DNA of 49,699 nucleotides, from positions 1 to 49,699 of the forward strand of contig CANIID010000003.1 in the NCBI GenBank assembly GCA_947467315.1, in the 5' to 3' direction. The notes under the pieces were generated by a model. The model was not told the DNA's origin. It made no database searches and was given only the letters and a program-made list of their open reading frames with translations. Shown in pieces: positions 33,463-42,802 of the stretch. This DNA comes from Betaproteobacteria bacterium. GTDB taxonomy: Bacteria > Pseudomonadota > Gammaproteobacteria > Burkholderiales > SG8-41. The translations under genes were made by a program, and so were the position numbers. Each line of letters opens with the position of its first letter. The stretch's first letter is position 1.

Positions 33463-35520
33463 GTGAGCAAGCTATTCGTAGGCATAGACACCGGCGGCAC
33501 CTTCACCGATCTGGTTGCCGCTGATCTCGGCAACGGGCGCCACTATTATCACAAGGTGCCCACCACCACGGGTGATCCGGCGCGCGGCATTCTGGAAGGC
33601 ATCGCCGAGTTGCTCGATCAAAACAGCATCGCGCGCCGCGACGTGGCATTTCTGGTGCTGGGCACCACGCTCGCTACCAACGCGGTGCTCGAAGGCAAAT
33701 GGGCCCGCACCGGTGTCATCACCACCGCGGGGTTTCGCGACGTGCTCGAACTCGCGCGCCAACGCCGCCCGCACTATTTCAATCTGGATATCCCGAAGCC
33801 CATGCCGCCCGCGCCGCGCGATTGCCGGCTGGAAGTGAGCGAGCGCGTGGCGCAGGATGGATCCGTGGTCACGCCGTTGGTGGAAGACGATGTGCGCCGC
33901 GCCGTCGCGGTCTTGAAAACCAAGCAGGTGGAAGCGGTGGCGATCTGCTTCATGCACGCCTATGCGAACGCGGATCACGAGGCGCGCGCGCGGGCGCTGG
34001 TGAAATCGTTGTGGCCGGAAGTTTATCTTTGCACGTCGAGCGAGGTGCTGGGCGAATTTCGCGAGTTCGAGCGCTTCTCCACCGCGACGGTCAACGCGAG
34101 CCTGATGCCGATCATGGATCACGCCCTGTCGCAGTTTGAAAAGGGCGTGGCGGCGCAGGGTATTCCGCGCACGCCGCGCGTGATGCAGTCCAACGGCGGC
34201 GCGGTATCGCCGGGGGCGGTGCGCAAGATGCCGGTGAATACGTTTTTCTCCGGGCCGGCGGGTGGTGTCATCGGCACGGTCGGCCTCGGGCGCCAACTCA
34301 AAGCGCCAAACCTGATTGCGTTCGACATGGGCGGCACCTCAACGGACGTGTGCCTGATTCGCGATGGCGAGCCGGCGAAAAAAAGCGAACGCCAGATGGG
34401 CGGCTTTCCCGTGCGCACGCGCACGCTCGACATCCACACCATTGGTGCGGGCGGCGGTTCGATTGCGTGGATCGACGCGGGCGGTTTGCTTAAAGTGGGG
34501 CCGCAGAGCGCGGGCGCGTATCCGGGGCCGGCGGCGTATGGACGTGGCGGCACGCGCGCCACGGTCACCGATGCTAATGTGACGCTCGGACGATTGAGCC
34601 CCAAGTCGCTGCTTGGCGGGCGCATGGCGATGCATCCCGACAAGGCGCACGCGGCGATCGATGATCTGGCGAAATTGTTGCGCGTGGATGCGGTCAAGGC
34701 GGCTGCGGGCGTGCTCGAAATCATCAACGTCAACATGATGGGGGCGGTGCGCGTAATCTCGGTTGAGCAAGGCGAAGACCCGCGCGATTTCACGCTGGTG
34801 GCGTTTGGCGGCGCGGGGCCGCTGCACGCGGCGGACGTGGCGCGCAACATGGGCATGGGCAAAGTGCTGGTGCCGCCGCGGCCGGGTTTGTTGTCGGCGA
34901 TAGGCTTGCTGCATGCGGATGTGCGCGGCGATTTCAGTTTGACGCGTTTGTTGCGCGCGGAGAGTGCGAACGTGAAAGCGTTCAACGCAGGGTTTGCGGA
35001 TTTGAAGCAACGTGGCGTGGCGTGGTTGCGTGGCGAGGGTGAACGCGAAAGCGAAACCAAGGCGAAGTTCGAGTGGCAGGTGGACCTGCGTTACTTCGGC
35101 CAGAATTTTGAACTGATCATGCCGCTGGCCAGTGACCGGTTGAGTGCGGCGAGTCTCAAGCGATTGACGGCTGCCTTCCATCGCCGCCACAGGGCGTTCT
35201 ACGGTTACGACATGCCGGCGCAGCCGGTGGAAATCGTCAACCTGCGGCTGGTGGTAACCGCAGCGCGCAAATCGCTGCCTGTCGCAAAAGTAAATAAAGT
35301 TGTTAAAAAACATATAGTTACAGAAAGGCGCCGCGTGTGGTTTCCTGAAACCGGGTTCGTCCAAACACCCGTTTATGAGCGCGACGCGTTGCCTGCGGGA
35401 TGGCGATCCACAGGGCCGGCGATCATCGAGCAAATGGATTCGACGACCGTGGTGCCGCCCAAAGCGATCATCCATAACGACGCGTTGGGGTATTTGCATC
35501 TGACGCTGGCGAAACAATGA
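33463..35520 (+). CDS. Hydantoinase/oxoprolinase subunit A (HyuA-like, ATP-binding)
   Basis: GIDTGGTFTD, GTTLATNA, SGPAGG, DMGGTSTD, IGAGGGS and AFGGAGPLH motifs. Confidence 0.93.
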   Translation: MSKLFVGIDTGGTFTDLVAADLGNGRHYYHKVPTTTGDPARGILEGIAELLDQNSIARRDVAFLVLGTTLATNAVLEGKWARTGVITTAGFRDVLELARQRRPHYFNLDIPKPMPPAPRDCRLEVSERVAQDGSVVTPLVEDDVRRAVAVLKTKQVEAVAICFMHAYANADHEARARALVKSLWPEVYLCTSSEVLGEFREFERFSTATVNASLMPIMDHALSQFEKGVAAQGIPRTPRVMQSNGGAVSPGAVRKMPVNTFFSGPAGGVIGTVGLGRQLKAPNLIAFDMGGTSTDVCLIRDGEPAKKSERQMGGFPVRTRTLDIHTIGAGGGSIAWIDAGGLLKVGPQSAGAYPGPAAYGRGGTRATVTDANVTLGRLSPKSLLGGRMAMHPDKAHAAIDDLAKLLRVDAVKAAAGVLEIINVNMMGAVRVISVEQGEDPRDFTLVAFGGAGPLHAADVARNMGMGKVLVPPRPGLLSAIGLLHADVRGDFSLTRLLRAESANVKAFNAGFADLKQRGVAWLRGEGERESETKAKFEWQVDLRYFGQNFELIMPLASDRLSAASLKRLTAAFHRRHRAFYGYDMPAQPVEIVNLRLVVTAARKSLPVAKVNKVVKKHIVTERRRVWFPETGFVQTPVYERDALPAGWRSTGPAIIEQMDSTTVVPPKAIIHNDALGYLHLTLAKQ

Positions 35521-35975
35521 ACGCGCGCGAAACCGTCGCGGCGTTAGCCGCCAGCTTACAAGCGATTGACGATGCCTTCGATCCTGCATCTGAGCAGGAG
35601 CTATTGCTGGCCGAGGCCACGCTGGGCGTAACGCTGCCGGAACTGTTTCGCGAAATACAAAAATCGTATGGCCGCTGCCGGTTCGCCGGAGAGGCGCTGA
35701 TTCCCGTAAGCGGCGCAGAGGCGTTGAGCATCCTGAGCATTCTGGGTTGCAAAGGCGCGGCGGGGAATTTACTGATGGATTTTCGCGCGCGCGCGGATTT
35801 GCAGGACGCGGGACTGGTGCCGATTGCCGATGACCCGTTTAACAATCGCTACGCTTGGCATTCAGCCCATGGACACGTGGTTTTTATCGACGATGCCAAG
35901 CGCCAGCCACCGCTGTTCGTCGCGGCTACGTTTGAAGATTTTCTCAATAGGATCTGGATCGGTCCGGCTCGTTAA
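35517..35975 (+). CDS. SMI1/KNR4 (SUKH) family protein
   Basis: PASEQELLLAEATLGVTLPELFR, PIADDPFNN and VAATFEDFL motifs. Confidence 0.8.
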   Translation: MNARETVAALAASLQAIDDAFDPASEQELLLAEATLGVTLPELFREIQKSYGRCRFAGEALIPVSGAEALSILSILGCKGAAGNLLMDFRARADLQDAGLVPIADDPFNNRYAWHSAHGHVVFIDDAKRQPPLFVAATFEDFLNRIWIGPAR

Positions 35976-36004
35976 CGCGGATAGCTGATAACGCTGAGAG
36001 TGCC

Positions 36005-37675
36005 ATGAAACGCAAAATCGACCCCATCAAATCCGAAGTCATCGCGCGCTTTCTGCTCGCCACCGCCGAGGAAATGGCCGCAACGCTGATGCGCACGGCG
36101 TTTTCGCCCAACATCAAGGAGCGCGCGGATTGCTCCACCGCGATCTTCGACGTGGCGGGCGAGGTGATCGCGCTGGCGCAGCGTGTGCCGATTCATTTGG
36201 GTTCGATGGTCGGCGCAGTAGCTGAAATTCTGAAGCGATTTCCGATGGGCGACATCCTGCCCGGCGACATGTTTGTCGCCAACGATCCGTACAACGGCGG
36301 CGGCACGCATCTGCCGGACATCAACGTCATCGCGCCGGTGTTCGCGGGCAAAAAAATCGTTGCCTTCGTCGCCAACATCGCGCATCACGCCGACGTCGGC
36401 GGCATGGTGCCCGGCTCGGAAGCGGCGGTGTGCAAATCGATTTATCAGGAAGGTCTGCGCATCCCGCCGGTGCGCGTGATGCGCGAGGGCAAGGTCAATC
36501 GTGATGTGGTCGATATCATTCTGTTGAACTCGCGCACGCCGGATGAACGCGTGGGCGACCTCAACGCGCAGTTCGCCGCCAACACCGTAGGCGCGCGCAG
36601 CGTGCTGCAATTGTTTGACCGCTATGGATTGAAAGAAACGCAAGAAGCGATCGCGGGTTATCTGGATTTCACTGAAAAACGTTTTCGTGCCGCCATCAAC
36701 CGGCTGCCGCGCGGACGCTATGTGGCAGAAGATTTTCTCGATGGCAATCTTGAGGGCGAAACCTGCGCCATCAAACTTGCGCTCACCATCGGCAAAGGCC
36801 GCATGGATTTCGATTTCACCGGCTCGGGCAAACAACTCGAGAGCGCGCGCAATATCCCGTATCGCGCGTTGCTGGCCACAGTGTACACGGTCGCTAAAGC
36901 CATGCTCGACCCGGAAGTGCCGGCCAACGCCGGCTACTACCGCACCCTGCACATCAAGGCGCCGCCGGGCTGCGTGGTGGGGCCGGTGCCGCCGGCGGCG
37001 ATTGGCTGCCGTTCCATTTCGGCGAGCGTGTTGGGAGACGTGATCGCCAATGCGCTGTCGCAGGCGATGCCGGATAAAGCCCTGGCCGGCAGCGGACCGC
37101 ATCATTTGTTCGTGCTGTCCGGCACCGATCCGCGCACGGGTGTTTATTTCGTCGATTACGAAACCGTGGCGGGCGGCATGGGCGCGCGCGCCAATCGTGA
37201 CGGCGTGGACGGTGTGCGTGTGCATGCTTCCGGCTCATCGAATCTGCCGAGCGAGGCGCTGGAGCATGCGTATCCATTCCGCGTGGAGCGTTACGCGCTG
37301 TGGGATGAATCCTCCGGCCCCGGCCAGTATCGCGGCGGCGCGGGCGTGATCCGTGATTACCGCGTGCTGGCCGACGACATCGTGGTGAGCCTGTCGTCGG
37401 AGCGGCAGCATGTGGCTTCGCCCGGCATGGCGGGCGGCGGATCGGGCGCGTGCGGCCTGTTTGTGTTGAATCCGGATACGCCGCAGGAGCGCGTTTTACC
37501 TTCTGCTGCTGCCGACATACCATTGCCGCGCGGCAGTGTGTTGCGTATTTGCACGCCGGCGGGCGCGGGCTATGGCGATTCAAAAAAGCGTACCATCAGC
37601 GCGGTAGAAAAGGATGTGGTGGAAGGGCGTATCTCGCCGGACTACTCATCGAGAATTTATTTGGAAGGATCGTAA
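36005..37675 (+). CDS. Hydantoinase B/oxoprolinase subunit B (HyuB-like)
   Basis: RTAFSPNIKERADCS, NDPYNGGGTHLPD, HHADVGG, SGPGQYRGG and TPAGAGYG motifs. Confidence 0.93.
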   Translation: MKRKIDPIKSEVIARFLLATAEEMAATLMRTAFSPNIKERADCSTAIFDVAGEVIALAQRVPIHLGSMVGAVAEILKRFPMGDILPGDMFVANDPYNGGGTHLPDINVIAPVFAGKKIVAFVANIAHHADVGGMVPGSEAAVCKSIYQEGLRIPPVRVMREGKVNRDVVDIILLNSRTPDERVGDLNAQFAANTVGARSVLQLFDRYGLKETQEAIAGYLDFTEKRFRAAINRLPRGRYVAEDFLDGNLEGETCAIKLALTIGKGRMDFDFTGSGKQLESARNIPYRALLATVYTVAKAMLDPEVPANAGYYRTLHIKAPPGCVVGPVPPAAIGCRSISASVLGDVIANALSQAMPDKALAGSGPHHLFVLSGTDPRTGVYFVDYETVAGGMGARANRDGVDGVRVHASGSSNLPSEALEHAYPFRVERYALWDESSGPGQYRGGAGVIRDYRVLADDIVVSLSSERQHVASPGMAGGGSGACGLFVLNPDTPQERVLPSAAADIPLPRGSVLRICTPAGAGYGDSKKRTISAVEKDVVEGRISPDYSSRIYLEGS

Positions 37676-37683
37676 AATATCCA

Positions 37684-37765
37684 CGTCGCTCCCGTGAAAG
37701 AGGGAACCCATACACTACCGGTAGTGGTACGTGTGTTATGGGTTCCCGCCTGCGCGGGAACGACG
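37684..37765. repeat. CGTC-type REP doublet (degenerate left arm)
   Basis: CGTCGCTCCCGTGAAAGAGGGAACCCATA ... TATGGGTTCCCGCCTGCGCGGGAACGACG. Confidence 0.8.
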
Positions 37766-37798
37766 GCGTTTGTATTATCGTTGTCACGGAGCTGAATC

Positions 37799-39007
37799 AT
37801 GAATAAACCCAACACCGAATTCGACATCATCGCCGCATTCCGCGACGACTTTCCCGCCCTGAAAAAGTGGACCTATATGGACGTGGCGGCGCGCGGCGTG
37901 CTGTCGCGCACCACGCGCGCGAAGCTGGATGCGCAAATCGATGATCGCATGATGAATGGCGGCGACAAGGATCGATTTTTTGCGCTGATCGAAGAGGCGC
38001 GCGGCCGTTTTGCGCAACTGATTAATGCCTCACCCGAGGAGGTCACCTACACCAAGAATATTTCCGAGGGCCTCAACATGGTGGCCACCGGCATTCAATG
38101 GAAAGCTGGCGACAACGTGGTGCTGTGCCCCGAGCTGGAGCACCCGAATAACGTGTATGCGTGGCTGAATTTGCAGCGCTTCGGCGTGGAAGTGCGCATG
38201 GTCAAGCCGCGTGACAACGCGATACCTGTCGATGACCTGATCGCCAAAATGGATGCGCGCACCCGCTGCGCGACCGTATCCACGGTGACGTTTGCGCCGG
38301 GCTTTCGCACCGACATCGATACCTTGGGCCGCGCCTGCCGTGAGCGCGGCGTGCTGTTGCTGGTGGATGCCGCCCAGTCCGCCGGCAAGCTGCACACGGA
38401 TGTGCAGCAGTCGAACATCGATGCGCTGACCGTATCCACGCAGAAGGGCTTGTTGGGACTCTATGGCATGGGATTTTTGTATGTGCGGCGCGAGTGGGCT
38501 GAAAAAATGCAGCCGGCGTATCTCGCGCGTTTCGGCGTCGATCTGGGAGATGCGCATGAAGCATCGATGGGCGATATGTCGTTCAAACTCGCCGAAGGCG
38601 CGCGTCGATTTGATTTGGGCAACTACAATTTCGCGGCGACGGCAGCGGTGAACGCGTCGATGAAGCAGTTGCTCGACATCGGCACGCAACGTATCGAAAA
38701 ACACGTTACGGGCCTGGTGCACGCGCTGGCGCAAGGTTATGTGGACATGGGCGTGCCCGTGGCCGGTGGCAAGCCGGGGCCGCATCTGGCAGGCATCGTG
38801 ACCATCGGCAACATGAGTGCCAATCATTACGGTTCCGATGACGAACGCTTCAATGGGTTGTACCAATATCTCGGCGACAATCAGGTGAAGCTGTCGATAC
38901 GGCGCGGGCTGCTGCGCTTTTCGTTGCATGCGTATAACGACCTGGATGATGTGAATCGCGTGCTGGATTTGAGCCGGAAATTTCTTCGCGCTGACACACG
39001 CGGATAA
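37799..39007 (+). CDS. Class V PLP-dependent aminotransferase/lyase
   Basis: YMDVAA, EHPNN, VDAAQSAG, STQK PLP lysine and LRFSLHAYN. No desulfurase catalytic Cys loop seen. Confidence 0.88.
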   Translation: MNKPNTEFDIIAAFRDDFPALKKWTYMDVAARGVLSRTTRAKLDAQIDDRMMNGGDKDRFFALIEEARGRFAQLINASPEEVTYTKNISEGLNMVATGIQWKAGDNVVLCPELEHPNNVYAWLNLQRFGVEVRMVKPRDNAIPVDDLIAKMDARTRCATVSTVTFAPGFRTDIDTLGRACRERGVLLLVDAAQSAGKLHTDVQQSNIDALTVSTQKGLLGLYGMGFLYVRREWAEKMQPAYLARFGVDLGDAHEASMGDMSFKLAEGARRFDLGNYNFAATAAVNASMKQLLDIGTQRIEKHVTGLVHALAQGYVDMGVPVAGGKPGPHLAGIVTIGNMSANHYGSDDERFNGLYQYLGDNQVKLSIRRGLLRFSLHAYNDLDDVNRVLDLSRKFLRADTRG

Positions 39008-39013
39008 CCCACG

Positions 39014-39043
39014 CCGTCATTCTGGCCTTCGCCAGAATGACGG
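39014..39043. repeat. Collapsed CGTCATTC REP hairpin
   Basis: CCGTCATTCTGGCCTTCGCCAGAATGACGG. Confidence 0.75.
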
Positions 39044-39067
39044 GGTATATGTAACTATTTGTTTATT

Positions 39068-40204
39068 ATGAACTATATAGAACCGACCACCGGTACAACT
39101 TACCCCACCGACACCGCCCGCTGGTGTGCCGACAGCGGCGGCTATTTGAATCTCACGCCCGGCGAGGGATTGAAACGCGGCGATATTCACACGTCGCGCT
39201 ACTCGGTATGGCGCTACGCCAAGGCCATCGGCGTTGATGATAAGCACGCAGTAACCATGGGCGAAGGCTGGACACCGTTGACGTGTGGCGAGTGGCAAGG
39301 CGCGCCGATGATGTTCAAACTCGAATTCATGATGCCCACCGGCTCGTTCAAGGATCGCGGTATGACGGTGATGGTGAGTTATCTCAAGAGCCGCGGTATC
39401 TGCGACGTGCTGGAAGATTCCTCCGGCAACGCGGGCGCATCGTTGTCGGCATACGCGGCGGCGGCGGGCATGCGCTGCCGCATTCTGGTGCCGGAAACGG
39501 CGTCGTATCCCAAGATCGCGCAGATCGCGGCGTGCGGCGCCGATGTGGTGACCATACGCGGCACACGTCAGGACGTGGCCGATGCCGCGATGCGCATGAG
39601 CCAGGAAATTTTTTACGCCAGCCACAACTGGCAACCGTTTTTTGCCGAGGGCACCAAGACGCTGGCGTATGAGCTGTGGGAGCAATTGGGCTTCAACGCG
39701 CCGGACAACGTGATCGTGCCGCTGGGCTACGGCAGCAACGTGTCCGGTTGCGCGATAGGCTTCGGAGAACTTCTGCGCAATGGCGAAATCACCAAAATGC
39801 CGCGCATCTTCGGCGTGCAGGCGGCGAACTGCGCGCCGTATTTCAATGCGTTCAAGGCTGGCGTGGAACACTTGGTGCCTACCGACGTGACACCGACGAT
39901 AGCCGAGGGCATCGCATCCTCCAAGCCCACGCGCGTGGCCGAAGCACTGCGCGCGGTGCGTGATTCGGGCGGCAGCATCGTTGCCGTCACCGAGGAGGAA
40001 ATCGTCGCCGCGCTGCGTACTTTTGCGCGCAAGGGGCTGTATGTGGAGCCGACGTCGGCCGCCGCGGGTGCGGGGTTGACGCAGTTGCTGGCGAGCGGGG
40101 CGATCAAGGCCGGAGAATCGACGGTGCTGGTGTTGACGGGAACGGGTTTGAAGGCGTCGGAGAAAATCGGCGATTTATTGAATCTCAAGGCGCGCAGCGA
40201 ATAA
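39068..40204 (+). CDS. Threonine synthase-like PLP enzyme (fold type II)
   Basis: GEGWTPL, PTGSFKDRG, DSSGNAG, EGTKT, VEPTSA and LTGTGLK motifs. Confidence 0.88.
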   Translation: MNYIEPTTGTTYPTDTARWCADSGGYLNLTPGEGLKRGDIHTSRYSVWRYAKAIGVDDKHAVTMGEGWTPLTCGEWQGAPMMFKLEFMMPTGSFKDRGMTVMVSYLKSRGICDVLEDSSGNAGASLSAYAAAAGMRCRILVPETASYPKIAQIAACGADVVTIRGTRQDVADAAMRMSQEIFYASHNWQPFFAEGTKTLAYELWEQLGFNAPDNVIVPLGYGSNVSGCAIGFGELLRNGEITKMPRIFGVQAANCAPYFNAFKAGVEHLVPTDVTPTIAEGIASSKPTRVAEALRAVRDSGGSIVAVTEEEIVAALRTFARKGLYVEPTSAAAGAGLTQLLASGAIKAGESTVLVLTGTGLKASEKIGDLLNLKARSE

Positions 40205-40221
40205 TCTGCTGCTGCCCGATA

Positions 40222-41235
40222 TTACTGCGAGAAATTCTGCGGCTTGATTTTCGCGGCCTGCACCACGCGCCGCCAGCGCGCGGTTTCGTCTGCCAGCAGT
40301 TTTGCAAATTCCTCCGGCGAGTTTCCGACAATTTCCAGACCTTGTCCGGTGAGACGTTCGCGCACGTCCGGATTCGCCAGCGCCTTCAGACTTTCGCTAT
40401 GCAGACGCGAGATCACGCCGGTGGGTGTTTTGGCGGGTGCGAGCAAGCCTTGCCACGTGACCACTTCATAACCGGGCAATCCGGATTCGGCGACCGTGGG
40501 CAGATCGCGTACCATGGCGAAACGATGGGCGCTGGTGACAGCCACGGCTTTCAGCCTGCCGGTTTTCACTAAAGGCAATCCGGTAGGCACGTTGCTGAAG
40601 GTGAACTGTACTTGTCCGGCTATGGTGTCGGTGGCGGCAAACGGGCCGCCGCGATACGGCACATCGACAATATCGATTTTCGCCATGTACTTGAACAACT
40701 CGCCGGCAAGGTGCGACCCGACGCCGACACCGCCGGTACCGTAGCTCAACTGACCAGGCCTTGCTTTCGCCAACGCGATGAAATCCGCCACCGTTTTTAC
40801 CGGCAACGACGGATGCACCACCAGCAGATACGGCGTGGAGGCAAGCAGTGATATGGGGGAAAAATCGCGCACCGGATCATATGGCAGCTTCGTATACAGG
40901 CTGGCATTGATAGTGTGCGCGGCGGACACCATCACCAGCGTGTAGCCGTCGGGCGCGCTTTTCGCGGTGGCGTCGGCGGCGATGATACCGCCCGCGCCGG
41001 CTCGATTATCGATGGTGAATTGCTGGCCGAGGCTTTCGCCCACTTTCTGGCCAACGATGCGTGCGACGATGTCCACGCCGCTGCCGGCGGGGAACATGAC
41101 AATCACGCGGATGGGTTTTGCGGGATAGGGCGCGGGTTGCGCGGATGCGTCACCGCAGAAAAATGCGGAAACCAGCGTAGTCACCCCAACCGCAAGGCTG
41201 GTGTTAGCCCGGAAATGTCGTGAGGAGAGTGCCAC
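40222..41235 (-). CDS. Bug/TctC substrate-binding protein
   Basis: YPAKPIRVIVMFPAGSGVD, DNRAGAGG and VPYRGG motifs. Confidence 0.92.
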   Translation of the reverse strand: MALSSRHFRANTSLAVGVTTLVSAFFCGDASAQPAPYPAKPIRVIVMFPAGSGVDIVARIVGQKVGESLGQQFTIDNRAGAGGIIAADATAKSAPDGYTLVMVSAAHTINASLYTKLPYDPVRDFSPISLLASTPYLLVVHPSLPVKTVADFIALAKARPGQLSYGTGGVGVGSHLAGELFKYMAKIDIVDVPYRGGPFAATDTIAGQVQFTFSNVPTGLPLVKTGRLKAVAVTSAHRFAMVRDLPTVAESGLPGYEVVTWQGLLAPAKTPTGVISRLHSESLKALANPDVRERLTGQGLEIVGNSPEEFAKLLADETARWRRVVQAAKIKPQNFSQ

Positions 41236-41251
41236 GTTGCGTATGTCCTCG

Positions 41252-41282
41252 ATTCCGGATTGCGCTGTCGCGCATCCGGAAT
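41252..41282. repeat. REP-like hairpin
   Basis: ATTCCGGATTGCGCTGTCGCGCATCCGGAAT. Confidence 0.55.
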
Positions 41283-41298
41283 GCCAGTGTTTCGTCTA

Positions 41299-42168
41299 TC
41301 AGGCCACGCCGTACTGCTTAAACCACGCCAGCATGCGCTTGAAGCCATCATCCGCGGCTTCCTTGCGATAGCTCGGGCGATAGTCGGCGTAGAACGCGTG
41401 CGGCGCGCCGTAGTAAAGCACGATGTTGCTCACCGTGTTGCCTGCGGCTTTTAACGCCTCGCGCATTTGTTCGACGTGCGCCACGGGGATGCCGGCGTCT
41501 TCCGCGCCGTAGAGGCCGAGCACGGGCACTTTGAGCGTGGCGGCAAACTCGACCGGGTAGACGGGTTGCAGCGGCGCTTTGCTCGGCGCGACCAAACGGC
41601 CATACCATGCCACGCCGGCGTTGACTTTCGGGTTGTGCAGGCAATACGACCAGGTGATGCGCCCACCCCAGCAGAAACCCGTGACGGCGAGTTTGCTGGT
41701 GTCGCCTTTGCCACTGGCGCCTGCGTGAACCACGGCGGTGTCGAGGTCGGACATCACCACGCTGTCGGGCACGTGGTTCACCACTTTGGCGAATATTTCC
41801 TGATTGTCCGTAAACTTTGTGACATCGCCGTGGCGGTGGTAGTGATCGACCGCAATAGCGAAATAGCCCTGCTTTGCCAGACGCCGGCAGACATCTTTGA
41901 TGTGTTCATGCAGACCGAAAATTTCCTGCACCACCAGCACCACCGGAAATTTTCCGTCCTTGCTCGGGTGCGCGCGATAGGCGGGGACGACACCGGTCAT
42001 GGTATTGAGATGCACTTCGCCCGCCACGAGGCCTGTCGTGTCGGTGGTGATGGTGGATGCGGCAATCGGTTGCACCAGTTTTGCCCAACCCTGCGGCAAT
42101 AATTGTTTGACGGCTTCGCCCAGCGAGGGCGTTTGCGGCAATAGGCCGTTGACGGTGGTATCGGTCAT
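41299..42168 (-). CDS. Dienelactone hydrolase family (carboxymethylenebutenolidase)
   Basis: VQEIFG, GFCWGG nucleophile elbow, YGAED and HAFYADYRPSY motifs. Confidence 0.92.
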   Translation of the reverse strand: MTDTTVNGLLPQTPSLGEAVKQLLPQGWAKLVQPIAASTITTDTTGLVAGEVHLNTMTGVVPAYRAHPSKDGKFPVVLVVQEIFGLHEHIKDVCRRLAKQGYFAIAVDHYHRHGDVTKFTDNQEIFAKVVNHVPDSVVMSDLDTAVVHAGASGKGDTSKLAVTGFCWGGRITWSYCLHNPKVNAGVAWYGRLVAPSKAPLQPVYPVEFAATLKVPVLGLYGAEDAGIPVAHVEQMREALKAAGNTVSNIVLYYGAPHAFYADYRPSYRKEAADDGFKRMLAWFKQYGVA

Positions 42169-42330
42169 GACAGGTTTTCCTTTGATAGTTCAGGTTTGGA
42201 AAGGGGGAATACATTGAGCTGGAAACCCCAGTATAGCGGGCTTGCTTGACACTGCGAAGTCACGCACATAGATTCGACGCTCTGGTATTCGCCATATTGG
42301 CTTTTCCGACGAACCAAGCGGGGGTATGTG

Positions 42331-42798
42331 ATGCACGCGATTGATGATCGGCTGGCAAAACTGGGCGTGACGCTGCCCGATGCGCCATCGCCGGCGGCGA
42401 ACTATCTGCCGTACACCGTCACCGGCAATCAGGTGTGGATCGCGGGGCAGGCAGCGGTTGTCGATGGAAAACACCAATGCGTGGGACGGCTCGGCACCGA
42501 AGTCAGCGTGGCAGACGGCAAGGCGGCGGCGCGGCTGGCCGCGATCAATGTGCTGGCGCAAGTCAAAGCGGCGTGCGGCGGTGATTGGAACAAACTCGTG
42601 CGCTGCATTCGACTTTGCGGCTACCTCAACGCAACGCCAGAATTCGCGGATCATCCGCAGGTGCTGGATGGCGCGTCAGATTTTTTGGTGGCGGTGTTGG
42701 GCGATGCGGGCAAACATGTGCGCAGTGTGTTGGGCGCGTCGTCGCTGCGCAGCGGCACGGCGTTGGTGATTGATGCGGTATTTGAGATTAAAGGATAA
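42331..42798 (+). CDS. RidA/YjgF family protein
   Basis: PAANYLP, IAGQ, FADHPQVLDGASD and GKHVRS motifs. Confidence 0.88.
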   Translation: MHAIDDRLAKLGVTLPDAPSPAANYLPYTVTGNQVWIAGQAAVVDGKHQCVGRLGTEVSVADGKAAARLAAINVLAQVKAACGGDWNKLVRCIRLCGYLNATPEFADHPQVLDGASDFLVAVLGDAGKHVRSVLGASSLRSGTALVIDAVFEIKG

Positions 42799-42802
42799 GC
42801 AT

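Noticed and set aside
39068-40204. Housekeeping thrC
   Set aside because: It is the short ThrC-like type, without hom/thrB neighbours and in a catabolic context; function uncertain.
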